64,000 nt of DNA from Leucoraja ocellata (Eukaryota), in NCBI GenBank assembly GCA_036785375.1, contig JAWMAR010000026.1, positions 248,001 through 312,000 of the forward strand, written 5' to 3'. Each line of letters begins with the position of its first letter. Positions within the stretch are counted from its first letter, which is position 1. Below the pieces are notes generated by a model. That model made no database searches. It was not told the origin of the DNA and saw only the letters and a program-made list of their open reading frames with translations. Below are positions 1 through 13,141 of the stretch, one piece after another. A program made the position numbers and the translations under genes.

Positions 1-74
1 GCCAGTTCCAAGCTGAGCATCGATCTCCCATTCCCACTCCTATGTTATACTGCTGTTGCACATGCTCTCTGCAT

Positions 75-278
75 ACTAGGAACAATTTACAGAGGCCAGT
101 TAACCTACAGACTTGCACATCTTTGGAATGTGAGAGGAAACCGGACCACCCTGGCGAAACCCCAGTGCTCACGGGGAGAATGTGCAAACTCCACACAGGC
201 AGCACCTAAGATCAGGATCGAACCGGGATCTCTGATGCTGTGAGGCAGCTGTTACACTCTGCCTCCCAATGCCACTGC
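75..278 (-). mobile_element. V-SINE (HE1-like) tRNA-derived SINE
   Basis: Reverse strand shows a B-box-like CCCGGTTCGATCCTG head and the V-core GGAGTTTGCACATTCTCCCCGTG...GGTTTCCTCTCACATTCCAAAGA; similar to about 20 other copies in the window. Confidence 0.85.
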
Positions 279-2029
279 CGAGCAGGAGTGAGTTTTCCAC
301 CACTCTCCCTCGTGGGGAGGGATTCCATTTCACACAATGTTGGATGTATGTATCCTTTTATTCCTGATTATTACTTCATGATCACAGAAGCCTTGAAATA
401 GAGGAAGGATATCACCAATACATACTGATGTGACAAGCTTCAAATAGTATTGGTGAGCTTCCGGAAGGAGTTAGTAGCCAATAGACTGCCAATCCAATTA
501 ATGGAATTTCTAATTAAATATTTGAAGTAACTGATTCCATGGTGTTCAGGTTTGATCTGAATCAATAGATCAGATGCTTACTGGGCATGTGATGAATTTA
601 TTTGGCTATGCTGATTTACACAAATGATTAGCACAACCTTATTTTTCATTTTAAGAGTTAAACATTATCTTGATGACTTCTGCATCCAACTTAGCCTTCT
701 GGAGCACACAAATAGTTGTACTTATTTTTTATGAATATGCTATTTCAAGTGCTAAATGGATTTATTTTTCTTCAAAGCTGTACATAACTTTGCAATGAAC
801 CATAGGAAACAAAACAATATTAATACATTCCTCACAAAATAAGTAATGATTTATTGTGAAGTTAGCTGCCATGTTTGCGAGTGAAAAGCATTTAATTGCA
901 AGGCAAATTACTGGACGATGTGAATTTGCCAAGAAAATTACTTCCTGCTTTGAGAGAATGCGCTCCCACCCAGTGCTATTTTATGACTTCCAAATCTTAA
1001 AGGTCCCTGGAATTGTGTGAGTAACAAGTATTGGTCTCAGTTAACTGCCTTAGAAATTGCAAAAGGACTGCTCTAAAATAATGATTGAATTATTGTTTCA
1101 TTGTACATGATAGCTATGAAATTGGGAAGATGTGTGGAATACTGAAAAATAAGAGATTTGAGAGATATATTTCATGGTTTTAATTGACAATGCAATCTTA
1201 AATTATTTTTAAATAGAGCACAGGCCACATTTCTCTCATTGAGATTTTGGAGATGTCAATAGATATAAGGCCAAGATTACTCAATGCCATTCTATAACGT
1301 GCTTTATTTATTTTGCTTTTTAAAAATACCATTCTTCTCATTTATTCTAATTCCCTTGATAATGGTTTAGAAAATGGGTATCTTTGAGAATGAGCAGAAT
1401 GCATCCTTTATGTTGCTAAAGTAGCTCTTCTCTTCTCCAAAGTCTTTGGAATCGCATTGAAACTCACAGGACTGTTCCTTGAATGATTAACTGCCTCCAC
1501 AAGAAGGTTAACACAAGCCCTTTGATGGGCCAAATGAGCTTTTCAGTTGAAATACTTTAATGGAGAATTTGAAGCTGCAACGAGCTATGAAGTCAAAATG
1601 TTTAGATGTTCCAATTGCGTGCAATTGATTCACTGGCAAAATGTATGTCCTTTTGAGCTGTTCTTCCAGGAATCTTTTTTGGACAATATGCATCATTTGC
1701 CCATCTATATATATGTTTATAGGATATTGTGCAAAAGCTCCTGTGCAGAAATATTTTCTTGTGTTTACTCTTTTTCTATCATCTTGCCTGTGGGTTTCAC
1801 AGATTTGTTTGCTTCTGCCGTCGGGAAGAAGATCTTGGAGCCTGAAACTGAGACCTATTGTCTATTTTCTATTGTCTATTGATTCTAGGCATTTCTGATT
1901 TTAACTTATTTTAAATGATTAAATGATGATGACACATAGCTGTTAATGAGAAATTATTTGGCAGTTTGTCAGAGCAATATTTTGGTCAAATTGCAAAGAC
2001 TTCTGCTGCGGGTGCCAGAACCCTTATAC

Positions 2030-2155
2030 TGCCTCAGCCTAATCCACTATTCTTATACTCCTATTATTTGGATATGATTGTGCTTACCTATGAATTGTAT
2101 GCAAAAAAAACGAACGTGACTGTATCTCGGTGTGTGTGACGATAAACTACTTTGA
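2030..2155 (+). mobile_element. Degraded Rex1-type LINE 3' tail
   Basis: GTGACTGTATCTCGGTGTGTGTGACGATAAAC resembles the tail at about 23540-23580. Confidence 0.45.
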
Positions 2156-3549
2156 AAAAGTAATGTAAGTTTTACTTTAAAAACTAAAAACACCCACTGC
2201 TTTTATTATGACTTGTGCAAAATGTGTGTGTTCTCTCGCAAGCAAAGGCTTGTGTGTTCTATTCCTTTTCCGCCACCAAGGTTTTGCCCTGTGTACTCTT
2301 GAGCACTTTGACCTATACATATCCTACCTGGAACACTGACTAATGACACTCTATGTGCGAGCATGCTACAAATGGCCAAATGCACCTGAACATCTATCTT
2401 GTTGACCCCAAGTGTGCAATTGCCAAACTAGCACCACTACCTGCCACCTTCTGGTTAATTACACTCCATCCTCTGAATTATTCTTACTAATTGTTCTTGC
2501 CCCTCTTGCGTGCCTTTTACAAATTTACATTCTCTGTTTTTATTCTTGAAGTTTTTTTTCTGTTGAGAAAGAATGGACATATTGCATGAGATGGAGGCAT
2601 AAATATTGGGAGGATAAAGGTTTGTCATGAATTTGACAAGTTTTGTTGCAGTATTTGGTAAATAGAAAAGGAAGTGAAAAACTAGTTTGTAAAAATATAA
2701 TTTATTAGTACAGTTTTAAAATTGGAATTGGGAATGCGAAGGTGAAATGGCTACAAGCTCCTACGAAACAACTTTAGCACTGTTCTTAAATTTTGAATTA
2801 TCGCATTTCTGCTTGAATACTTCAATAGATTTATTTATGGACTTGGCATTTAGATATGTTATGTATTACAAAGTTCATGGTTGCATGTCCAAAAAAAGCA
2901 TTGCCGCCTTAACGTGGGAATACTGTTTCTTGTTTTGATATATCAAAGGACCTGAACTCGTGATGTCTATCATTTAAGGTGTGTTCCAATTAAGGCTGCT
3001 ATTCATTTTATAAGGAGTATCTAGTCAATTGTAACATACTGGTGCGACAGCAAGCAGTAAAAGACAGGAGATAGATATGTGTGCATGAAGTTTTCAGATT
3101 CATCCTGTGGTTTCGGATAATAGCTGACAACTTTGGCACACAAAAATACAGATGTTTTTTCCTTTGTAGCACCAAAAGAGACCAGCTGCTTTCTAAGTAC
3201 CAACTAACGATAAATAAACTGACGCGCATTTTCATAACAACTAGAATAGCTTATTGTGCCACTGTCTTTATAAGGCAGATAATTACTATTATACAAAGGT
3301 AATAGTTTAATTTCTGTTTGGGTTCAAGAAATTACTAAATTGATTCATTAGGGGAGCTTTCAGAATGTCAATGACTAGTTTGTCGATCCATATCTTTACC
3401 AAAGGAATGCATTGGGTCATGTTGGACATAAATACATGACGTTAAAAATGCTTTGCATAAATGCACTTTGGCCTCGAATAATTAACTCTCGATGCCACGA
3501 TTTTTGTGTGAGACTACAGTGTCTACATCTGTATTAACAGTTGGGGAGA

Positions 3550-3830
3550 GAGAGAACCTCAGTGGAAGGAAATTAACTGAATACATTTTAGGTACCGGGC
3601 CTTCTTCAGATGGATAGAGTAGAGGGATGATGGCTTGCAGAAAAAAATGAGGGGAAGGGGTGGAGCAGAGCTGAGAAGGGAAAGGTGGACCGGGTAAGAA
3701 GGAGTGAAACAAGAGAGGGGAGTTGAAAAGGTTGGGGTTAATATTCAAGACTGGAGGCGATAAGTAGATAAAACAAATGGGCACAGATGGTGGAATCTGA
3801 TAAGAAAGGAAAGTGGGATTGAAATTCACT
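3550..3830 (-). mobile_element. Old Penelope-like 3' fragment
   Basis: Minus strand has a pyrimidine-rich tract followed by a degenerate TCTGAAGAAGGCCCGGTACCTAAAA hammerhead-like motif. Confidence 0.4.
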
Positions 3831-4252
3831 TGCCAACTATTTGTTTTCGCAGTTCAGGCTTCCGACCAGTAATTGGCATTGTGGTAGGTCTTTGGTGCTT
3901 GAATGATCTTGTCATTCCTTCACTCCCTAACCTTTTTAAGCTCCTTGTAACGTTTCCATTTCTGGATCTACTTACTTTTAATGTGATATCTGCATGCATC
4001 TCTGGTAGCTTGCTTCCAGTGTTTTTTTTCAGGAGTGGGTGATTTAAAAACCGGTTGGGGCCAACCTGCAACACATTCCTTCAAGGTCGGCAGAGGAGCA
4101 GCAGGTGAAGGAGTGAGTGCAGGGATTGGCTGAGGAATTTAATTAGCAAATCGATAAGTTCGGTAATTAGTCAATTTATCAGCTAATATAAGCAAGGTTT
4201 GCTCTAGGGGAACGGTCTGTCGTGGAGCGGCCTTGTCGAGGGAAGTGCCTTG

Positions 4253-4389
4253 TGAGAAAAGTGCGAGTCTTTTGCTCGAGAGTTTTGAGAAAAGTGTGAG
4301 TCTTTGGCTTGAGACTGAGAAAAATGCGAGTCTTTGGCTCGGGAGTCTTCGGTGAGGAGGCTGAGGCAAGGTTCACGCTGAGGCAAGGT
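4253..4389 (+). repeat. Three ~30-33 bp tandem units plus a 13-bp direct repeat
   Basis: TGAGAAAA(G/A)TG(C/T)GAGTCTTT(T/G)GCT x3 (4253-4349); GCTGAGGCAAGGT x2 (4360-4389). Confidence 0.8.
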
Positions 4390-5106
4390 CATCACCCCAA
4401 ATTTATCTGCCTAAACTTCCCCTTATCATAAGCCTTACCTGGTTTTCATTTTATAGCATCTGTGGATTTTTATTTGTTAAGCTTTAGAGTAATCCAGGCT
4501 GATGTGTAAAAGCTGTTGAAAAACTGATCACAACCCTACTTTTTTTTCCCTGGATCTATTAAATGAAAAAGATTGCCGGCTTGATCGGCACTTGAAATGA
4601 AAAGGTGTACAAGGTAAAGTTCACTGTGAGAAATAAAGGAAATGTTCCAAGGAGAGGTCAGGGGCACCTTGTGTTGTCAAGTCCTATGTGGCTGCATCCT
4701 ACAAATAATCTAACTACTGACCCTGGAAATAGCCATAAATAGCACAATAATGTGTTTAGTGCACAGCCTGTGAAAGTGTGGTAACTCAATCAATTTACCT
4801 CCTGGTAAATGGAAAGAGAAAAATCACAATCTGTTGTAATATCTTGAAAACATTAGAGCCATGCACTGTTTTCATGTTGTTGTTTAACATAGTAGAGCAA
4901 TTGCGCGATCATTAGCTTTAGACATAATTTACACTAAATTTCATATTTGATTCTGTTCCAGTTAATCAAATCAACATTTAAGTAAACTTTGAACTGTTTG
5001 TTGTTTGAAATAATGTCCTAGATTTTGATTGTTGAGAACAAATAATTAACCATTTTTAATCTAATAGAAAAATTGCACCAAGATCACTAGATGTCTCCCA
5101 GTCATC

Positions 5107-5216
5107 TTAGATAGCATACAGCATGGAAACAGGCCCTTTGGCCCAACGTATTCGGCCCAAGATGCCCCATCCTAGTCCCATCTGCCTGCATTTGGCCCAT
5201 ATGCCTCCAAACCCCT
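5107..5216 (-). mobile_element. CR1 (HER1-like) LINE 3' tail
   Basis: Minus strand reads GGGCCAAATGCAGGCAGATGGGACTAG...GGGCCAAAGGGCCTGTTTCCATGCTGTAT, the tail shared with the V-SINEs. Confidence 0.75.
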
Positions 5217-5468
5217 CAATGAGGAGGTATTTCTTTAGACAGAGCGTGGTGAATCTGTGGAATTCATGGTCACACACGGTTGAGGAGCACATCGTTGGGT
5301 ATTTTTGAAGCTGAGATTGACAGGTTCTTGATGTGTAAAGGTGTCAATGGGCGTGTGGGAGAAGGGAGGGGAATGGGGCTGCGAGGGAAAAATAAATTGG
5401 CCATGATCGGATGGCAAAGTAGATTTGAAGGGCCAAATGGCCTAACTCTGCTCGTATATCTTATGATC
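5217..5468 (+). mobile_element. CR1 LINE 3' fragment
   Basis: Translates as MRRYFFRQSVVNLWNS...LGIFEAEIDRFL, like the ORF2 end at about 36260-36400, followed by the 3'UTR. Confidence 0.8.
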
Positions 5469-6414
5469 AAACCTTTCCTATCAGATATATTTGTAATTTA
5501 AACATTTCTAAACATTTTGTCCAGCAAAAAGCCTAAATTGTGCAATTGTATTTACGAGGAATACAATTTTCTGTGTAAATTTATGATGAAATACACATAT
5601 AGTACAAAATAAAGTAATAATACTTCACCACTCATTTATATTGAAGATATGTCTTCAAAAGCACACTGACATTTCTGCATGTGGATCGTCATGTTCATTA
5701 CCTGTCCCTGTGTGAAGATCTCTTCACCATGTGCTGGAATGTTGCTTGCTCCAAAGCATCCATTAATGTCTCTGAGCCATCTACTTGAAGCCATGCAAGA
5801 ACACGCTGAATGACTTGGTCTGTTCGATCTCTTCTCATTCCCAGCCAACCTCAGATCCACTGCTCATGTTGATGCTGTGATTAATACTGTAAAATGCTTC
5901 ACGTCCAATGTTTGCCTCATGAAATTATGCCATTTGTGCGTTAGCGGATGACTCAAGCAGTAATGACGCGCAAAATTGTTTACCTGTTTTCCATGGTGGC
6001 AATTGTGGTTTAAATGTTGTTCAGAATAGTGGGTGATCTCCACAGCTCGTTTGAAGCATGTGCAATGACTTTAATGGCACCTTTTCAAATGTCTTATACT
6101 TTCCCTAATATTGGGATCGAACCGTTAACCTTAAACCAATGGGATATGAGTGCTTCTGATAAGGTGCAAAAGGAAAGAAGGTTAAAATAACAATTCTGGT
6201 GATTTTGGGACCATTAACATGTTCTATTTGAGGGCCATTTATCAGATCAGCCTTCAATGGCATGTGATCTATTCCTCACAATTCTAAAATATTTCTCCTA
6301 TTTTGCTGATGGTTAGTATGAGTATTAGAACTCGTTGCATTACTTTGCATAGCCATGGTACATATATTTTTGCATCATAAAGTTCTCTTGAGCAGAAATA
6401 TTAAAATATTTTGT

Positions 6415-6750
6415 TGTAGAATTATAAAGAAATACGGCACAGAAACAAATCCTTCTCTCCATCTCGTCCACACGATCATCAATCAACCATTTTACACTAA
6501 TCCTAAAGTATTCCTTTTTTATTCTTCCCAATTTCTCTTGAACTCCCTTCAATGTCCACACCACCATTGGCCAATTAATCTACCAAATTCAACATTTTTG
6601 GGATTAGTGAGGCAATGGGAGCACCCAGAAGAAAGCCGTGCAATTACAAGGAGAACGTGCAAACTCCACACAGACAGCACCCAAGGCTGAGATTGTACTT
6701 GGGTTTCAGATGATGTGAAGCAGCGGCTCTACCAGCTACACCATTGTTCC
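6415..6750 (-). mobile_element. Old V-SINE
   Basis: GGAGAACGTGCAAACTCCACACAGACAGCACCC core on the plus strand, i.e. a minus-strand element. Confidence 0.75.
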
Positions 6751-7420
6751 TCACTCATTACTTGTATATCTGAGAAATGGCGGTTCAGCCTGTGGATTGA
6801 TGCCTAAATAGTCCTTTGTACACAAGTTTTTTTTTTTTTTAAGGAAAGCTTTGGGCCATGTTCCGAGTCAGTGACAGTACATACCGCAGGTTTAATTGGA
6901 ATGATTGGATAACCTGCCGTCTTGCTGAGAAGACGAAAGCAGTGTACTAATTGTTAAATAGTTAATGTGATAAACTTACTCCCTTCTGCTATCGACCTTT
7001 TCTTCCCTCTCAAGTTTTGATTGACCCATGCAGAAGTTCTTGTCCATTTATGGGTAACCACATTTCCAGGAGGCTGGCCTGGCAGCTTCTGATTGCTTTT
7101 GCTTCTGGCAATGACATCAAGCCATGATGTGCCATAAACCTGAAATGGATAATAAAACCAGATCTAGCTCTGTGAGCAATGCTGTGCAATAAAAAAATAA
7201 ATAGATATAATAAAATTGTCTTAAGCACTGTGTTGCTTGCCTCTGCAGCGTTAAGGCTATCTATGGATAAAGCTAATGACATGAAGGCTGTCACACATGA
7301 GGGCTTGTTATTTTTCCAGCTATGTAAACAGATGGATAATCCAAGGGAGTGCTGCAATCATTGTGATTTATAGGAACACATGTACAATTGGATTAACAGG
7401 TACAATAAGAACAGGTACAA

Positions 7421-7553
7421 TCAGTCTGAAGAAGGGTCTCGACCCGGAACGTCACCTATCCCTTCGCTCCATAGATGCTGCCTCACCCGCTGAGGTTCTC
7501 CAGCATTTTTGTCTACCATCGATTTTTCCAGCATCTGCAGTTCTTTCTTAAAC
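7421..7553 (+). mobile_element. Penelope pLTR-derived element with hammerhead-like core
   Basis: CTGAAGAAGGGTCTCGACCCGGAACGTC (GAAA changed to GGAA), then the CCAGCATCTGCAGTTC tail. Confidence 0.75.
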
Positions 7554-7699
7554 AATAAGATTGTCAGATTGTTTGTCAAGAGTTCATGTCTGATTACCAC
7601 CAGCAAGATCTCTGCATAGATATATCTGTCACCAGGGTCACTCATAGCAAGGAACCTCTATATTTGCTGTACAGCTTTTACCAGGTTATGGGATTATAG

Positions 7700-7982
7700 G
7701 GTTATGAACCATATCTCTGCTATGGTTTTATCTCTGCCCTTTGTTCCAATCATCTGTCTATCAAACCCGCCCCACGCCTGTGTCCACCTATTGCCTGCCA
7801 TGCTTTGTCCTGCCTCTACTCTCTTCCAGCTTTCTTCCCATCCCCCTACGAACAGTCTGAAGAAGGGTGCCGACCCGAAACGTCTCATATCCATGTTCTC
7901 CCGAGATGCTGCATGACCCGATGAATTACTCCAACATTTAGTTTCTTTTGTGCCAACCAGCTTCTGCAGTTCCTTGTTTCTG
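7700..7982 (+). mobile_element. Penelope 3'UTR/pLTR fragment; intact minimal hammerhead core at 7857-7884
   Basis: CTGAAGA-A-GGGTGCCGACCC-GAAA-CG-TC. Confidence 0.75.
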
Positions 7983-8459
7983 CTATGATAATTGCCTGGA
8001 ATACTGCGCATCGTGGAGTATCTGGCATGATATAATGAAGATGATCTGGACAAAGATCTACCGCATTCAGCTGAACAAAACGTTAGAACGGAATTGGATT
8101 GATTCCCCATGCTCATACCCAATTTTTGTCCCTGCAATTAGAAGATAAATAAGTTTATAGTGTACAACAAAACGTATTCACTGGCTTCACTAGTTTGAGA
8201 GTAATCAAGGTTTATTAAACAGCTGTTGGAGGATGGAATTTGGTTCAACATTCTTCTGCATTCTCTCACTACTCCAGAACACAATGGATGAATAAACCAT
8301 TCCAAATCTGTTTAATCATTTGAAAACTTTTACCTGTATCTACTTCCACATTATTTCAATCCATAATAGGTGAATAAAATAAATGTTATAAATGAAGAGA
8401 AATTAACAAATATATTTTGGTGAAGAATGTAAAATACAATAGCCTCTCCATTTAAGCGA

Positions 8460-8678
8460 AACACAGTGCCAGAGGAACTCAGCAGGTCAGGTATCATCTG
8501 CACAAGAATGGATAGGTGACGTTTTGGGTTGGGTCCTTTCTTCAGATAGGACTGAAGAAGGGTCCCGACCCAAAGCTTTGCAGATCCATTCCCTCCAGAG
8601 ATGCTGCCTGGTCCACTGAGTTACACCAGCACTTTGTGTCTTGCTCAAGGTTCCAGCAAATGCAGTTCCTTGTCTCAC
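8460..8678. mobile_element. Inverted (foldback) pair of Penelope pLTR pieces
   Basis: Minus copy about 8460-8546 abuts plus copy about 8552-8678; both hammerhead cores are degenerate. Confidence 0.7.
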
Positions 8679-8889
8679 TATCTAACCAGTTAGTAGGGTT
8701 GTCAGTATAACATTGAGAGGGAAATGAAAGTGAGAAATGATTTTGATATCCAAACTCTCATTGGTCTCAATGCAAGATAGCATCGAATGAAAGGAAGAGG
8801 ATTATAAAGTTCCGTGAAGTAGTAGTCAGCCTTGGAATTGGGAACTCAGCAAAGACAGATTAAGATGAACAGTAATGTTACCGAAATTT

Positions 8890-9410
8890 AAATGGTGAGA
8901 GAGTGGTTAGTATGATATTCAACTGGATTGAGTTATGTTGGTACAAATCTGTGAGGGCCAATATTCAGGCGCTGTAGGCAATTAGAAGAGCAAGTGATGT
9001 GATAGCCGATATAACAAGAGGATTTGATGACGGGGTAAGAAAATATCATTGCAAATTCATATAGGACCACAGTGAGACTACACCTGGACTATTGCATGCA
9101 GTTTTGATCTCCTTGTCACAGAACATCTAAAGATTCAGAGTACTATTTCCAGGGATGTTGATTGGCCATTAAGATTGAGTCAACTCGGATTGTACTCTTT
9201 TGAATTTAGAAGAATGAGAAAAATACCCCTTAAAGGGCTCAACAGCCAGGTTAGGGCCCCAGATAAAGGGTTATTGCTGTTTCGCAGAGAGGGCAAGAGA
9301 AATGTCTTCAAATAATGGTAAATCTTTAGTCGTCCTTAACCCATAAGTTTGTGCAGGCTCAGTTATCATGTTCCTTCAGAACAGATCAATAGATTTCTGG
9401 TCATGAAAGA
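8890..9410 (+). mobile_element. Heavily decayed CR1 ORF2 3' fragment
   Basis: GTGAGACTACACCTGGACTATTGCATGCAGTTTTGATCTCC matches the VRPHLEYCAQFWSP region at about 35943. Confidence 0.65.
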
Positions 9411-9454
9411 CATTTCTTGCTGGAGGATGTTGTTCAGGCATATGTAATAAATAC

Positions 9455-9605
9455 ATTGAAATGACATTTGGACAGGTACATGGATAGGAATGCTTGGAGG
9501 AATATGGATCAAACACAGATAAATAGGACTGGCTTAGATGGGCCTCTTGGTTTGGTATGGAGGAGTTAGACCGAAGGGCCTGTTTTTGTGCTGTATGACT
9601 CTGTG
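9455..9605 (+). mobile_element. CR1 (HER1-like) 3' tail
   Basis: GACATTTGGACAGGTACATGGATAGG...CCGAAGGGCCTGTTTTTGTGCTGTATGACTCT. Confidence 0.75.
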
Positions 9606-10865
9606 AAGGAAATCAATGTTCTTTATTATCATTAGTACAGTGATTTTTTTAAAATACTTCTAATTCAGTATACATTACTTTACTTCAGTATTACCTATAT
9701 TGCGCTCATATATAGGCACAATCCCCAATTAAATACAAAGTGTACAGAAATAGTCTACTGATGTCATATTTGAGATTGGCCAGGTTTGGCACTATTTTCA
9801 AAGTCTGAGTTGCTTTAAGTGCAGCTGGCTATAAAGACCTGTTGTCGTGGTGGTGTTGCAGAGTCAGTCTGGCCAAGCGAAGCTGTCGGTGTCCTCCTTT
9901 CAGAGGCTGTATGGATAGGGCTGCAAAATAGCGCTGAGGTAGATGATAAGTCATGATCAGGATGAATGACGAAGCAATCCCCAAGAGCCAGATGCCCAAC
10001 TCCTGCTCCTATTTCTCATGTTCTATGCCCAACATAGAGCAGTGTATCAAGTGAAGATGGATTTTAGGATAAGACTGAGAAAACAAGAATGATAAAGATT
10101 TTGAACACACTGAAAAATTGCTCTTCTACTTCCTATATATTAGACCCAAGACCCAGAAGACGGATGGAATGTTTCATTGGAAGTGAAAAATATATATTGT
10201 GTGTAAATGTTTCAACTTCCGTGAAGAATGCTGCATTCCTTGTGGATGTGGAAGGCAGTTCCATACATAATAGCATTAGTTAAACATTTCATCTCTTTTC
10301 ATCTGTGATTTTTTTTTGTTCAGATATCATTATAATTGTTTCTATATGAATATATAGAAAAATTGTCATCAAACAAAAATGTACTACCCCAAGAAATCAC
10401 AATTTAATTTAATTTTAAGATACACTGCAAACATCTTTTCTGCTTTAAAATGACTTGGTGTCTTTTTATTTTTAGACCCAGCACAGCTTTTAAGTATCAA
10501 ATTCCATTCTACTAAATCGCGTGCAAGATAACATTTTGTCTTTTCTATAATTATGTTATGCATTGTCATTTATTTATGAGAATTTCCCGATGCCAAGGAA
10601 GTGTGAATCATGTAAAATTGACTCCATAATAATCTACTGGCATTTATTCCTGATGTTGCAAATATTGCTTCAACAAATTGTTGAAACTTGCTTTAATAAC
10701 ATCTGGATGCTCTCAAGTAACGGAGAAATATGGAGATTAACTAATATATTGATCATTTTTCATTTTGAGCTTGATTATCTAGTATTGTGCTGAACGATCC
10801 ATTGTTTGTGTTTAGCAAACATATTGATGTGACAACCTTATCTGAAAAAGACTAGTGAAATTTTA

Positions 10866-11137
10866 GGGTGGCGCAGCAGTAAAGTTGCTGTCTTATAGTA
10901 CCAGAGACCCGGGTTTTACCCTAACTACAGACGCTGTCTGAACAGAGTTTGTACGTTCTCTCTGTGGGTTTTCTCTTCGTGCTCCGGTTCCCTCCCACAA
11001 GATACATAGATTTGTAGGTTAATTAGCTTTGGTAAATTGTAAATTGGCCCTGGTGTGTGGGATAGTGCTAGTGTACGGGGTGATCGCTGGTTGGCGTGGA
11101 TTTGGTGGGCCGAAGGGCCTGTTTCCACTCCACTAAA
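10866..11137 (+). mobile_element. V-SINE (HE1-like)
   Basis: tRNA-like head GGTGGCGCAGCAGTAAAG, V core and GGGCCGAAGGGCCTGTTTCC tail. Confidence 0.85.
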
Positions 11138-11144
11138 GTTTTAC

Positions 11145-11280
11145 ATGGTGTTGTGGCCAATATTTATCATTTAAGTAACATCATGAAGCAATGTCAAATT
11201 ATCTGTTCATTTTCTTTCTTCTATTTGCTGACCTGGTTCTTGCATTACAGTAGTGACCAGATTTTAAAAGTTTTTTAAAA
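11145..11280 (+). mobile_element. Ancient Deu-domain SINE relic (SacSINE1/AmnSINE-like)
   Basis: GGTGTTGTGGCCAATATTTATC...CATTACAGTAGTGACC resembles the Deu-SINE consensus as I recall it; not aligned. Confidence 0.45.
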
Positions 11281-11291
11281 CTATCTTCAGT

Positions 11292-11530
11292 TAGACACAG
11301 AATTGCAGCTGTTGGTTTGTGAAAAAAGACACATATTACTGGAGTAATTCTGCAGGTCAGGCAACACTTCGGCGGGTCAAGCATCGGTCTGAAGAGGGGT
11401 CCTGATCCGTAATGTCACCCAACAGTCTGAAGAAGGATCACGACCTGAAACGTCACTTATTGGTCTGAAAATGGGTCCTGGCCCAAAACGTCACCTACCT
11501 ATTTTCTCCAGAGGTGCCACCTGACCTGCT
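11292..11530. mobile_element. Penelope-derived element with an inverted piece and three tandem hammerhead-like cores
   Basis: CTGA starts at 11389, 11427 and 11465 (38-bp period). Confidence 0.75.
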
Positions 11531-12704
11531 TTTTTTGAAAGACCAACGTTGTTTGTTTCCAAAGGGAAAACTTTTTTTTTGCACACGATTGCAGGATTAA
11601 TTTATGGGAACCGACTCAACAGTCTTACAGACCTGCATCAAAATCCAAGGAAACATCTGCACAAATAAAATCACATTAAAATAAACCGCAATGACAAGCG
11701 TCGAGGATCTGAAGTTCTGTTTGAATTCGGGATGTGGTTCAACCTGCAACAGCAAGAAATCTGTGGGAAAAATGGCTCCAAGTTTGTTTTTGGTGAATGG
11801 AAACAGCAGGAAGTGTGGACCATGAGCACAAACGATCTTCGTGCCTCCTTGGATCAACCCTCCAAAAGCATATACATTTTCCTTTCATCTGGAGTGATTT
11901 GTGGGAAGTATTTATTTTATTAATCACAGTTGCGCATTCATTTTCAATGATGGAATTTTTAAATATCTGATTAATCCTCAAGGATTGTATTTATTTTTGC
12001 TGACAATACTTTGTTGAAAGGCTTTAAAAAAAAAGCTTTTCATTTATATTTTTGTTTTTTAATTAATCTTCAAACATTAAATGAATGCCTCCTATTTTTT
12101 TAACATTCTCAATGCTGTGTGTCCAAACTGGAGAAGCAGGTGACCTGTTGTATAATCAATTTCTGGTAACTTTACAAAAGCAACCAAGGATAAATCTCCT
12201 ATCAGTTTGATTTATTCTTTCGCTCTCTGTGGGAAAAATGCCTGGCCTCTATTTTGTACTTCGCCCGGATAAGGATTTGATTGAGTCAAGGAGCTCAGTT
12301 ACAAGATGAACTGTAGACTTGAATCAGTGGTCCATTAATTTGAACTAATATCTTCCAATTCAATAAACTGGATTGAAAAAAGTAACTAGATTATTTACCT
12401 AACAACATTTGGGGTGCAAATAAAGTAAAGCTCTCAACTCAATAATATCAACCAAGTGTTCTCAAGTTTTGCGTTTATATGCTGACTTAGATAAACACAG
12501 CATTTATTTAAGTCAGCAAATAAATAATTGCGGACTCATTTATTTCATAATACATTTCTTTTTAGGATGCCATTTTTTAAATTCGTTAAATTTTTTTTCT
12601 TCTGAGCCATGATACAGCATGCAATACTTTAGACTTCATCTTTACAGGAGAAAGCATGCCATCTCAAGGATGTACTTGTATTTCTATTGTGCATTTTAGT
12701 TGCA

Positions 12705-12860
12705 AACCTCAAATGACATTTGGGAAGGTACGTGGATAGGAAAGATTTAGAAGAATATGGGCCAAACTCAGGCTGATGGAACTAGTGCAGATAGGGCTTC
12801 TTGGTTGACATGGGCATGTTGACCTGAAGGGCCCGTATCCATGCTGTATGACTATGACTC
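12705..12860 (+). mobile_element. CR1 (HER1-like) 3' tail
   Basis: Same tail as 9455-9605. Confidence 0.75.
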
Positions 12861-13141
12861 GTAGATCTACAGAATTTGAAAATAATAGAGAGAGAATAAG
12901 ACCGAAGGAAGAAATATAGGATCAAGATTTCAGCTGTTGGTCCAGCGGATGACTAAATGAAGGGCACAAACAGGACTGTTCCTTCATTAACTCCTTGAAA
13001 CGCTTGCCAATTGAGTCGTGCATTAACGTAGAGCAATATTTTGAAAATATTGAATCAATAAAATGATATTTAGAGCAAATGCAGAGTGGTTTTTAAAGAA
13101 TCTTAATTTTAAAGTTTGTAGTCAACAATTGTTTGTTGTGG

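Noticed and set aside
1547-1898. Overlapping 111-aa and 85-aa ORFs
   Set aside because: No recognisable domain; composition typical of chance ORFs in AT-rich DNA.
5107-5468. Twin-primed inverted LINE
   Set aside because: The two opposed pieces are both 3' ends with different tails, so they are more likely independent insertions.
5636-5860. Minus-strand ORF with a CAG/GTAATG donor-like site near 5700
   Set aside because: No convincing acceptor and no recognisable protein in any frame.
11597-11981. Cluster of 63-86 aa ORFs
   Set aside because: No homology recognised and no exon boundaries supported.
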